DNA of 64,000 bases from Bdellovibrionota bacterium (GTDB lineage Bacteria > Bdellovibrionota_C > UBA2361 > JAAYZI01), in contig JBMNIF010000005.1 of NCBI GenBank assembly GCA_050950765.1, positions 48,373 through 112,372 on the forward strand. Reading direction: 5' to 3'. Shown here piece after piece: positions 1-9,095 of the stretch. A program made the translations under genes and the position numbers. Within the stretch, counting starts at the first letter, position 1. Each line of letters begins with the position of its first letter. A model generated the notes under the pieces. That model saw nothing but the letters and a program-made list of their open reading frames with translations. It was not told the origin of the DNA and searched no databases.

Positions 1-20
1 ACCAAATTTTTAACCTTAGA

Positions 21-1001
21 TTAGTTGATTAAGACCCAGACCACTATGAATCCTAGTAAAACCAACAACAAGCCGAATCCGATAGAAAGGATAAGTTTAT
101 CTTCCAAAGATGCAAAAGAGTTATTCAGATTTTGATGATTAGCGCCTTTCCTTACTCTGGGATAATCAAGTGCAAATGTCTCGTCTCCAAACTCATCTTC
201 CGATGAGAGAACTCCAAAAGTTCCTGAGCGTTGTAGCTGCGCTGCCGCACGGACTCTCCTTTCACTCTCTTCCTCCTGCTCGGAAGGAACCCACTCTTTT
301 AAATTAGAAGTAACCTCAGTAACAGTAGAGTGTGGTGTTTGCACCTGATTTATTGTCGGTTCATTAAAGAAGATCGTATAATTCAATAACCTAATACTAT
401 CGCAATCTTTCAAAACGGTCAGTTCCGTTATCTCAGTATCGTTTACCGTTACAGGAAATTCTTTAGCGACACTATACACAACAACATCTTCCCCACGACG
501 CTCAATTACAAGTGACGGCTGTTCAAAGAGATCCCCCGGTAATTCCATATCTGATGTTGAGCCTCCCAAAACAAGAGCCCTACCATATTCAGGAACTGGA
601 AGCTCTGAAACAAATTGTTCATTTCTCAAGACAATCAATGTGCGGTGGTTGATGGTAGAAATATCCGTAGCCGTTAGATCATCCCCATCGGGATGCCCCT
701 CCGTTATCCTAAAATCCAGATTTGCCAACTGCAAATCATCTCCAGATCGTAAAAGATGCCACTGATTAACAGGAAGCTTGACACCATTGATCCAAGAGCC
801 GTTAGTACTTCCCACGTCCTGACATAACCAAACTGAACCACAACTTAAGAGGATGGCGTGCTGCCTTGAAATAGCAGAGTTCGGGATTACGATATCAGCA
901 TCTTCAGCCTCTCTACCAATCGTATAATAAGCGCCTGCAAGTTGCGCGATAGGGGTGCTCACCCCTTCCTCAATCTGTTCTAATATAAACGTACTATTCA
1001 T
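21..1001 (-). CDS. Double FHA-domain protein with C-terminal transmembrane anchor
   Basis: N-terminal FHA motifs (IGR, ISRQHA, DVGSTNGSWING); a second degenerate FHA-like repeat (LVLGG...VTVND...LKDCDSIRL); hydrophobic C-terminal helix. Confidence 0.8.
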   Translation of the reverse strand: MNSTFILEQIEEGVSTPIAQLAGAYYTIGREAEDADIVIPNSAISRQHAILLSCGSVWLCQDVGSTNGSWINGVKLPVNQWHLLRSGDDLQLANLDFRITEGHPDGDDLTATDISTINHRTLIVLRNEQFVSELPVPEYGRALVLGGSTSDMELPGDLFEQPSLVIERRGEDVVVYSVAKEFPVTVNDTEITELTVLKDCDSIRLLNYTIFFNEPTINQVQTPHSTVTEVTSNLKEWVPSEQEEESERRVRAAAQLQRSGTFGVLSSEDEFGDETFALDYPRVRKGANHQNLNNSFASLEDKLILSIGFGLLLVLLGFIVVWVLIN

Positions 1002-1059
1002 AGTCTATCAATTATAAATACAAATAGGCGAACTTGTACATCACCGATTTTTAAAGTGA

Positions 1060-1338
1060 GATATCCCTAAAAATTATGCCGAAGAAGGACGCTAAGCGGT
1101 TTAGGTTAGGCATCTTCCCTTAAGTAGTACACCCCTTCCCTGACTGCGCACTTGAGATGCTCCAAAAATTCCGTCTAAATAACGATTTATAAAAATGAAT
1201 TATTCAAATAATTTAAGCAATACCCTCCTGCTCGTTGGTTAATTTATTCTATTGTGTTTCTCTTTTTACGGGATATCCTTAAAAATTATGCTGAAGAAGG
1301 ACGCTAGGCGGTTTAGGTTAGGCATCTTCCCTTAAGTA
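1060..1338. repeat. Two near-identical 67-bp direct repeats (1060-1126 and 1272-1338)
   Basis: GATATCC(C/T)TAAAAATTATGC(C/T)GAAGAAGGACGCTA(A/G)GCGGTTTAGGTTAGGCATCTTCCCTTAAGTA occurs twice, 212 bp apart. Confidence 0.9.
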
Positions 1339-1471
1339 ATGCCGTAAGCCTTTGTTGTGTAATTATAAGTAATAAGGAGGGATCATAAGGATAAAAAGTA
1401 AAGTAATGTATTTAAATTAGGCAGTCTACATCAAACAACCGATCCTATTCTTTGAAATTGTGAGAGATATT

Positions 1472-1756
1472 TTAAACTTTTTTTGTGTGTTTTTTTTGCA
1501 GATTTTTTTCAATATTATCCAGTAGCACAGCTACGGCGTGGAATAGCTCTTCAGGTATTTCAGAATCAACCTCTAATTCACTCATAGTTCTTGACAGATC
1601 TGGATCGTGCACTACAGGGATATCATAGCGCATAGCTATTTTTACAATATCGTCCGCCTGAAAAGTCTCTCCTTTAACAGTAACTGCGGGCGCAAAAGCC
1701 CCCTCTTCATAACTTAAACCCACCGCACGGCTATATCTGAACTTATTGTTAGCCAT
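1472..1756 (-). CDS. Stand-alone FlhB/SctU C-terminal (CC) domain protein
   Basis: AVGLSY...APAVTVKG...ADDIVKIA..YDIPVVHDPDLSR....EIPEELFHAVAVLL matches the post-cleavage FlhB/EscU C-terminal fragment. Confidence 0.9.
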   Translation of the reverse strand: MANNKFRYSRAVGLSYEEGAFAPAVTVKGETFQADDIVKIAMRYDIPVVHDPDLSRTMSELEVDSEIPEELFHAVAVLLDNIEKNLQKKHTKKV

Positions 1757-4700
1757 TACATTTTATCCTTTCAGAGAGAGGACGACGAGCTTTCAACCTC
1801 CTTCTAGCATCACCTATCTTTTTTACTGTTTTCCCATGTGCGATAAGAACGTTTTCAGGTTTATCACTTTTCCCCTGAACATCATTTAACTCAAAGATAT
1901 GATTTTTAAGTGCATCAATAGCCCAATCATCAAGGGGAACTCTAAAAACTCGCATATCAGCTACATAACGTAAAAGCCCACTCCACTTTTCTGGCTCTTT
2001 AGAAACCCCAAATAACAAAATATCTGGATAGCTAGATCGTAGCTGTTTTACAAAACTAACAATACGCTCCCCAACATCTTCAATATTTATGAGTAGTATC
2101 TTAGGCACAGCAACACTACTCATCTGATTAAGGAGATCTTCTATCTGGGTAAAATGAACTATCTCTAGATCATTGCCTTCCAGTAATGATGAGATCCTCC
2201 TCTTAATATTACCCTTTTGATCCAAGACAAAGATCTGCTGAGCGTGTGTCGCCTCATCTAGAGCAGCCATTGTCATTTTTTTCACAGGAAGAAAGATGCT
2301 TAAAACAGTTCCGAGACCTTTTGTGCTTTTTACCGTTAAAACACCTTGATGTTGCCTTACGATAGAATACGCCAATGCTAAACCTAATCCTGTCGGGCGT
2401 ACTCCAAGACCGGTATTCAGATCGATATCTTTTGTCGTGAAGAAAGGCTCAAAGCAACGCGAGAGCGTCTCCTGATCCATACCCTTACCATTATCAATCA
2501 CACTGATGCAGATATACTTCCCTACCTTTATAGCAGGATCAACCTCTCCGTCTTTCAGATCTAATACGCGTAATTTTATTTTAACTAACGGATTCTGTTT
2601 CCCTCTAACAGCCTCATAAGCATTAGTGATTAAACTTAAGATAACTTGTTGCATCTGTCCGTAATCTGCTTCGATCTGAAGATAATCTAGCGCCTGTTGA
2701 CTCTCTACTTTTATATTAAGGTTATGAATCGAGGTAAAAAACTTAAGCGAATCATTAATCAGCGCTAAAACAGAGAGGTTCTTAACATCTATGGAGACCT
2801 GCTGAGTTAAGATCATCATCTGTCGAATTAAACCTGCTGCTCTTTCAGTAGCTTTTGAGATATCTTTAGCGGCTTTTCCGACAGGCGAATCTTCACTACT
2901 TTGCATCTCGATTAAGGCAGCTTGCCCCATCACAGCTTGTAGTAAATTATTAAAGTTGTGTGCCACGCCCGATGCTAACAACCCTATGCTGCGCATTTTT
3001 TTAGATTCAGCTCTCCTATTTTTAAGTTGGCTTGCTAAAATAGCGTTCGCTACTTCGGCAACTATGCTTTGCAACAGAGCCATATTTAAACGTGTGAAGG
3101 TGTTGATGGGTAGATCAGGTTCGATAGCAAAAATCCCGATGACCTTCCCACCAAAAATAAGAGGAACTAACAACAAGGAATCTATCTGAAGTCGTTTAAA
3201 AATACGTAACAATCCGAGGTGCTTTATATCTGCAGCACTATTTAAGATCGTACTACTTTTATTGTTGATAATCTGATTTAAAATAGAGTTGTTGGAATGT
3301 TCTAAATTGATACTTAAATTAAGGAGTTTTTCTTTTAATCCTTCTCCAATTCCTCCTTGCCCTGTTAAGGTAGTTCCAGATTCATCCAAAATTCCGAGCC
3401 AAACTCTTTTGCAATTCAACTCTTCCTTCAGAAGAGAGAAGGAATATTTAGCGATCTGCCGAATCGTTGTTAGTTCCGAAAGGGCGCGCGCTACACGGTA
3501 TAAAGTAGCTATCATTTTAATCTGTCGCTTCTCTGCTAAAACGCTCTCGGCTTTATGTATAGCAATAGCGGTTTGACTTGCCGCAGCAGAGATAAACTTC
3601 AAATTAAAGTTTGAAAAAGCATCTTCCTTTTTATGAAAGATAATAAGTGCTCCTAATACAAAAGGAGCTTTGTTTTTCTTATTTACAAAAGATAGCGGGA
3701 TTACAACAGCAGACCTTAACCCGTCCATAGCAGCTAAGCTAATATCACGGTGTGTAGTGTTGTTAATATCTTTAATATATAGCCCTCGATTTTCTGTTAC
3801 CGTCTTTTTAACTAAACTGTCACTATTTAAGTATCTTGAGCTCTCTGATAAATATTTTTGAGACAAGCCGTGCGTTGTTAAAAGTTCCACAGAATTTAAA
3901 TTATTATTATGCAATGCAATATATCCAGCAGCTGCGCCAAGTGTAGAGATAATAGTTTTTAAGCTGCTATTTGCAATCTGTTCAGGATCACTTTGCGCTT
4001 GCACAGATAAGGAGATATTATAAAGAGCTTCGACATTTTTCCTTTGGAGATATGATTTTTTTTCAGCGTTGTATCTCTCTGTAATATCAAATCCGAGGAT
4101 CTCCCACCCTACAAGTTCTTTTTCATTATTGTATAAAGGGATAATAGTAACGGCTGCACAACTGATATTATTCGTTTGTTGATTAAGTATTTTAATTTCG
4201 CAGTTTAGTTTTTGAGGTGTTTTCATTCTACCAAAAGCGCGTTTGATAGTACGTAGATCTGACGGATCTATAAAACTATCCCAAACTTCAGAATTATTAA
4301 GTAAAAATAGTGATGAAACTCCGAAGGTAGCTTCTGCGTCACCATAAACATTGGTTATATTCCAATTTTGATCCGTGCGAATCATAAGGAGGTCGCCTGT
4401 ATTACGCACAGCATCCAATACCTTCCAAGAAGAGGTAGAAGCGTCTTGCGAAATCTCTTCAGTAGTGCGATACCCTTCGAGATTCTTATACTTTTCCTCA
4501 CAGAATAAAGCACAGAACTCACTCATCTGTTCCAAGAAAAGTCTTTCATTCTTTGACCAAGTACAATGTTTTTTAAAAAATCGGCACTCTATCCAACCTG
4601 CCAATCGATTTTTATGATAGATCGGAACTATCCCTAAAGAACGTGTGCCATACTGCATCTCTAAAGCAACGAATTCGACGGGGAGATTTGAACCTTGTAA

Positions 4701-4973
4701 GACCTTACAAAAACTCGGCACTTCAACGTGCATATTGTGAAAAAGGAATTCATTATTAACTATATTTAATAACGTTTTCTGTTGATTCGGTCTTGAAGAA
4801 TAAGCAAGGACATCTCCGTTAGCTGCTGCATAATTGATATAAATCAGATCTGCTTGAAGAACTCTCATGATCTCTTTTGCGATATGTTGCAGCACAAGAT
4901 CAGGGCTATCTAAATCTGTCAAAGAAACCCTAATTTGATGTAGTAGTTGCGTTGTAGCATTTTCGAAGCTCAT
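1749..4973 (-). CDS. Hybrid sensor histidine kinase (GAF-PAS-GAF-GAF-HisKA-HATPase-receiver-like)
   Basis: H-box GVAHNFNNLL, N-box LITNAYEA, DNGKGM, FEPFFTTK, GLGLA; GAF motifs (SAVVIPL, LLLVPL); degenerate C-terminal receiver. Confidence 0.92.
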   Translation of the reverse strand: MSFENATTQLLHQIRVSLTDLDSPDLVLQHIAKEIMRVLQADLIYINYAAANGDVLAYSSRPNQQKTLLNIVNNEFLFHNMHVEVPSFCKVLQGSNLPVEFVALEMQYGTRSLGIVPIYHKNRLAGWIECRFFKKHCTWSKNERLFLEQMSEFCALFCEEKYKNLEGYRTTEEISQDASTSSWKVLDAVRNTGDLLMIRTDQNWNITNVYGDAEATFGVSSLFLLNNSEVWDSFIDPSDLRTIKRAFGRMKTPQKLNCEIKILNQQTNNISCAAVTIIPLYNNEKELVGWEILGFDITERYNAEKKSYLQRKNVEALYNISLSVQAQSDPEQIANSSLKTIISTLGAAAGYIALHNNNLNSVELLTTHGLSQKYLSESSRYLNSDSLVKKTVTENRGLYIKDINNTTHRDISLAAMDGLRSAVVIPLSFVNKKNKAPFVLGALIIFHKKEDAFSNFNLKFISAAASQTAIAIHKAESVLAEKRQIKMIATLYRVARALSELTTIRQIAKYSFSLLKEELNCKRVWLGILDESGTTLTGQGGIGEGLKEKLLNLSINLEHSNNSILNQIINNKSSTILNSAADIKHLGLLRIFKRLQIDSLLLVPLIFGGKVIGIFAIEPDLPINTFTRLNMALLQSIVAEVANAILASQLKNRRAESKKMRSIGLLASGVAHNFNNLLQAVMGQAALIEMQSSEDSPVGKAAKDISKATERAAGLIRQMMILTQQVSIDVKNLSVLALINDSLKFFTSIHNLNIKVESQQALDYLQIEADYGQMQQVILSLITNAYEAVRGKQNPLVKIKLRVLDLKDGEVDPAIKVGKYICISVIDNGKGMDQETLSRCFEPFFTTKDIDLNTGLGVRPTGLGLALAYSIVRQHQGVLTVKSTKGLGTVLSIFLPVKKMTMAALDEATHAQQIFVLDQKGNIKRRISSLLEGNDLEIVHFTQIEDLLNQMSSVAVPKILLINIEDVGERIVSFVKQLRSSYPDILLFGVSKEPEKWSGLLRYVADMRVFRVPLDDWAIDALKNHIFELNDVQGKSDKPENVLIAHGKTVKKIGDARRRLKARRPLSERIKCNG

Positions 4974-5767
4974 ATTTTTTCCCTTTTGCTACAATCTTCA
5001 ACTACAATAACTTTAGATCTCCGCACTCTGGCTATAATCTCTTCTCTTAGTAACGCTTGATGTGCTGCCATACGTGCAGATTTCATCTGAGGATCACCTT
5101 CAGATTCTTTATTTTCATCTTTAAGCTCTTCAAGTGACATCATCGTTTCTTTCTTGAATTTCTTACGATTCAAAAAAACTTCTAACCCTGCACAGACAAG
5201 AAGGATTGATGCACTTAAAAGAAAGAGCTTTCTTATGACCGCATCAAAAAAAAGAAGCTTATCTTGTTGCGAAAGTGTTAGTATCAGAGGGATACGCAAA
5301 ATAAGTTCACGAATGCCGAAAAAAAGAAAGGCTAAAACACAGAAAACAATAAACAACTTTATTAAATTTTGTTTGATGCCTCCAAAGATCTTTTTAGATC
5401 CGTTTGCAAGAGAAACTCGTGAGAGCTGCGCTGCAAGTGGTTTTGACTCAAAACTGATGCCACCAATTTGCACACCATCACTGATTGTAGCCAAAACAGC
5501 AGCTAACACTAAACAACTCCCTACACCTTTAACACCAACAGAAAACGCAAAACCTAGCGCCTCCTTAATATGAGAATATCCTCCGAGTAAAGCGTATTCT
5601 AACACCATTTTAAAATCTATCCAAATCTCTCCCAGTCCGTAATATATTGAAATTAAAAGGGATATTACAACGATACTTTGCGTAAAAAGAGGAGATTTCG
5701 GATTTTGACCATCTTCACGAGCTTTTTTTAGTTTTTTACGGCTAGCAGCAAAACGTTTTTCCGACAT
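4970..5767 (-). CDS. flhB: FlhB/SctU export switch protein, N-terminal transmembrane part only (ends before NPTH)
   Basis: Start MSEKRFAASRKKLKKAREDG after AAGGAG RBS; four TM segments; MSLEELKDENKESEGDPQMKSAR linker; terminates at VRRSKVIVVE... Confidence 0.85.
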   Translation of the reverse strand: MSEKRFAASRKKLKKAREDGQNPKSPLFTQSIVVISLLISIYYGLGEIWIDFKMVLEYALLGGYSHIKEALGFAFSVGVKGVGSCLVLAAVLATISDGVQIGGISFESKPLAAQLSRVSLANGSKKIFGGIKQNLIKLFIVFCVLAFLFFGIRELILRIPLILTLSQQDKLLFFDAVIRKLFLLSASILLVCAGLEVFLNRKKFKKETMMSLEELKDENKESEGDPQMKSARMAAHQALLREEIIARVRRSKVIVVEDCSKREKI

Positions 5768-5771
5768 TTTT

Positions 5772-6512
5772 TTACTCCTTGATAAGTATAGAAAACGGTT
5801 GAGCCGCTGCCTGAATACCTTCTTGGAGGTTCCAATTTTCAAAAAGTAAAATTAGTAGAGTAAATAGAGCAATTGATTTTATTAAGAATCCTTCCTGAGA
5901 GAGATTAAAGGTAGGTAGGATTTTACCAATGATAGCGAATCCCCAATCACAAACGAGAAAGAGCACTCCAAAGGGAAGATAGATCAGAAAGCAATTATTA
6001 AGGTAGACTATAATATCATGCAGCAGTTGGGGTGAATATTGTAAAAAATCGGCAAATCCAATTTTTCCTGGAGCATATATCGATACAGTGCTGATAAAGA
6101 AGATTAAGAGATTATCACCTACACCACCTATTAAAAAAAGTGTTATCAAGAGATTCCGCGCATAGACACTTAGGATCGATCTTTGCGTATTGGATAGAGG
6201 ATCGTAGATCGCTGCCATCTGTTGTCCACGTCCTGTATCCAGTAGTTCAGTTAAAAATGTAGCTACCTCGATGGAAAGCATTACAGGTAACGCCATTATC
6301 GAACCGAGTACAACTTCCAAGAAAACATTTAAGGCAGAGAGGTCTCCTATCACCTCATTACTATTAAAAACAGGTATTGAAAGAAGTGTTAAAAACAACG
6401 CCAAAGTGCTTTTTTTAACGATACCACCTACGCCGCTTCCCAACGGCAAAAATGCAGCTAGAGCAGAGGCTCGCATGAATAGTAACGCTAAAAAATGAAA
6501 AGACGGGATCAC
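5772..6512 (-). CDS. fliR: Type III export gate protein FliR/SctT
   Basis: Hydrophobic 246 aa; EVVLG...ELLDTGRGQQMAAIYDP motif; lies between fliQ and flhB. Confidence 0.85.
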   Translation of the reverse strand: MIPSFHFLALLFMRASALAAFLPLGSGVGGIVKKSTLALFLTLLSIPVFNSNEVIGDLSALNVFLEVVLGSIMALPVMLSIEVATFLTELLDTGRGQQMAAIYDPLSNTQRSILSVYARNLLITLFLIGGVGDNLLIFFISTVSIYAPGKIGFADFLQYSPQLLHDIIVYLNNCFLIYLPFGVLFLVCDWGFAIIGKILPTFNLSQEGFLIKSIALFTLLILLFENWNLQEGIQAAAQPFSILIKE

Positions 6513-6775
6513 GACATCTTCCCTAAAAAAGCTAGCCCCTGCAAACTCTCTTCAATAAAACGCAAAAGTATACCGGAAAATATTTCAGATCCGAGCCAAA
6601 GGATCAGAGAGAGTGTCAGAAATTTAACAACATAACTGATCGATTGCTCCTGAATCTGAGTTAATGCCTGTAAAATGGCAACCAACAAACCTGAAATGCA
6701 GCAGATTAGTAGTGGAACTAAGGAGCAGATAATAATTATTAGGAAACTCTCTTTTATAAATCCATCTAAAAACAT
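6509..6775 (-). CDS. fliQ: Type III export gate protein FliQ/SctS
   Basis: GLLVAILQALTQIQEQSISYVVK signature. Confidence 0.93.
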   Translation of the reverse strand: MFLDGFIKESFLIIIICSLVPLLICCISGLLVAILQALTQIQEQSISYVVKFLTLSLILWLGSEIFSGILLRFIEESLQGLAFLGKMS

Positions 6776-6788
6776 TTTTACGCACTCC

Positions 6789-7439
6789 TTAAAGATTATA
6801 AGAGACGATCAAGCTGCGACTTAACAACAACCAGCCATCAGAAATTACAAAGAAAAGAAGTTTCAGCGGAAGTGAGATCATGGCGGGACTAAGCATATAC
6901 ATCCCCATCCCCGCCAAGATATTTGACACAATTAAGTCAATCACCAAGAAGGGTAATAACAGTATAAATCCCATCGCAAACGCCTCTTTCAATTCAGTCA
7001 AGAGGAAGGCAGGGATTAAGACCCAAGCAGTGATCTGATCTTCAGAGCCTTCTTTAAGTGTGGCGGCTTGTAGTGTTGCAAGCTCATGTTCCCCCGCATG
7101 TTGCTGCATAAACTCACGCCACGGTTCAAAAAGTGGTTGAAGTTTTTTTAAGGTGCTCAAATTTGGTGCAAGTTCTGTTTTTGATTGAGAGATGAGGTCT
7201 ACTCCTTGTAAGCTTTTATCAATGGTCGAACCCATAATAAGGAGCGTTAACGCCAGAGAAAGTGCCATCACAACCAAATTACTCGGTGCATGTTGAGTAC
7301 CGAGTCCATTCCGCAACATCCCTAAGACAATGCTGATCTTCAGATAAGATGTGCAGATACCGATCGCTATCGGAATTAAAGCAAACGCCAGTGCAGTAAT
7401 AACTAACCAATACGGATGAAGAGATGTTATTTGATTCAT
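6789..7439 (-). CDS. fliP: Type III export gate protein FliP/SctR
   Basis: TSYLKISIVLGMLRNGLGTQHAP; LIPAFLLTELKEAF; PFLVIDLIVSNILAGMGM; ISLPLKLLFFV; no signal peptide (SctR-like). Confidence 0.95.
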   Translation of the reverse strand: MNQITSLHPYWLVITALAFALIPIAIGICTSYLKISIVLGMLRNGLGTQHAPSNLVVMALSLALTLLIMGSTIDKSLQGVDLISQSKTELAPNLSTLKKLQPLFEPWREFMQQHAGEHELATLQAATLKEGSEDQITAWVLIPAFLLTELKEAFAMGFILLLPFLVIDLIVSNILAGMGMYMLSPAMISLPLKLLFFVISDGWLLLSRSLIVSYNL

Positions 7440-7451
7440 TATTACTCCCGA

Positions 7452-7700
7452 TTATTTATCCTTTAAAAGTTGCGTTTGATTGTTGTTAATACTTAAGAGG
7501 AGTTTTTCTCCCTCGTATTCAACAACAAGTAATTTAGTTGAAGAGCTACATTGCAGAGCATCTAAGATTTTTAGTAGCCGTTTACCATCACCTCCCTTAA
7601 TTCCGTTTTTATAATATTTAACTATAAAAAGGAGAGCGCCTAAGAAGAGACAAAAAAAAGATAGCTGCACAGCTAAGTTAATCACCTTACTTCCTCCCAT
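7452..7700 (-). CDS. fliO: FliO-like small membrane protein
   Basis: One TM helix then LKILDAL....KLLVVEYEGEKLLL motif; directly upstream of fliP. Confidence 0.7.
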   Translation of the reverse strand: MGGSKVINLAVQLSFFCLFLGALLFIVKYYKNGIKGGDGKRLLKILDALQCSSSTKLLVVEYEGEKLLLSINNNQTQLLKDK

Positions 7701-8589
7701 AAACTTTTAAACTGTTTAAATTTATTCCGGCATCCCGCAGAGCTTGAGAGATCTCTCTGGTGTTATTCCACAACGACAAGCGATGTTTTAGGAGTTGAGG
7801 AATTATCTCTATCTGAAGTGCTTGTTTATTGCCGCTTTTAATATGTACGGCTATCTGTGAGTTATCTGTCGTTAGGTAGGTAATATCTATGTTTTCAACT
7901 CCGTTAATCTTCTGCTTCGAAATATAATCTATATTTGCTTTTAAGAGTTGTTGATTAGTAAATGTACTTTGTGCTGAAGCTGCGTGGTTATCATTACTTG
8001 AAGTTGTAAATGATCCCTGCCCTGTATTAGAAGAAGGTGTTTCTGAATTAAACGAGACCTGATTTTGATTAAAAACAGAATTACCTAAATCTTCTATGAT
8101 CTTGTCACAATCTTGAATAACATCAGAACCTAGTTCAGATTCTGATAACACTTTACCAAGATCGGCAGAGACACTTTCTTCGCAGGCTGCCTCATCTAAA
8201 GACTCTGCCTTTTTGTTTTCTAAGGCAGTAACTTTTGAAAGTATTTTTTCTTCTCGATCTATAATTTTATTAAGCTTATTAGCGAGTGTTTTATATTCAA
8301 CTCTCTGCGTGTTAATTGAAAGTTTTAATTTATTAAGTATTGTTTCTGTTTTTGAAAGCTTAGTGGTGTAATTCTTGTTTAGAGCGATAATTAAACGTGG
8401 ATCTTTTTCGGTAGAGTTGATTTTCTTTAGCGATTCTCTGATCTTATTAAATCCAAGACGAGTACTTTGATACTTCTTTTCAACAGCGACTAGATTTCTC
8501 CCACTAATGGCGAGTTTATTTTCATAAATGCGGCGCTCAAAGTGTAGTTGTCGCTCCCGTAATTCAAGCCTTTTTGCTTCTAAATCCAT
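7687..8589 (-). CDS. Coiled-coil (FliJ/SctO-like) protein with C-terminal FliK/SctP-like domain
   Basis: About 130 aa Lys/Glu/Arg coiled coil, Ser/Thr/Asn-rich linker, C-terminal IAVHIK...LQIEI...EISQALRDAGINLNSLKV pattern. Confidence 0.5.
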   Translation of the reverse strand: MDLEAKRLELRERQLHFERRIYENKLAISGRNLVAVEKKYQSTRLGFNKIRESLKKINSTEKDPRLIIALNKNYTTKLSKTETILNKLKLSINTQRVEYKTLANKLNKIIDREEKILSKVTALENKKAESLDEAACEESVSADLGKVLSESELGSDVIQDCDKIIEDLGNSVFNQNQVSFNSETPSSNTGQGSFTTSSNDNHAASAQSTFTNQQLLKANIDYISKQKINGVENIDITYLTTDNSQIAVHIKSGNKQALQIEIIPQLLKHRLSLWNNTREISQALRDAGINLNSLKVYGRK

Positions 8590-8612
8590 AACGCCTCCCC
8601 TCGCCTAACTTT

Positions 8613-8909
8613 TTATTGTCCGTTTTGAAGTTTGCGAAAAGTTCCTGAAGCACTTTCAGCAGCTTTTGAGATCAACTCGACTTTTAAGAAATAATTACCT
8701 GCTTTAACCTGATACATAAAAAGATCTTTCGGTGTAAGAGAGCTACCTTTCTCCAACTCCTGATAAACACCTTGTATCTCTTGATAGAAATCTTTTTGAG
8801 CGCTCTGCTGCACCTGATTTAAGACTTCGCCGAACCCTCTCGAACTACCTTTTTGAGAAACAATAATTTCTTTGCTAGGCGATATGTTTTTTATACCCTC
8901 TATCTTCAT
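8613..8909 (-). CDS. Small SctI/FliE-like type III rod-type protein
   Basis: FGEVL near N-terminus; C-terminal LTPKDLFMYQ...VELISKAAESASGTFRKLQNGQ helical hairpin pattern; first gene of export operon. Confidence 0.55.
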   Translation of the reverse strand: MKIEGIKNISPSKEIIVSQKGSSRGFGEVLNQVQQSAQKDFYQEIQGVYQELEKGSSLTPKDLFMYQVKAGNYFLKVELISKAAESASGTFRKLQNGQ

Positions 8910-9095
8910 AGGAAACTCCGTAATTTATACGTCGTATCCTTTAAATTGAATTGAAACTCACCGCCTAAAGGACACAACATTTAGTGATGTGGTGTCTTTA
9001 TCGCAAAGAAAGAAGATTTCTTTCCTCTGAGAGAGGGGATTTTTGCAATCTCTTTAAAAAAGAGGTTTTTTAGAGGAGTGATAAACCAGAATATA

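Noticed and set aside
5768-5842. Longer flhB start from the ORF track
   Set aside because: Overlaps fliR; ATG at 5767 has an AAGGAG RBS and matches the typical FlhB N-terminus
2956-6498. Plus-strand ORFs opposite the kinase and export genes, and similar antisense ORFs throughout the window
   Set aside because: Shadow frames of well-supported genes; no motifs or RBS support
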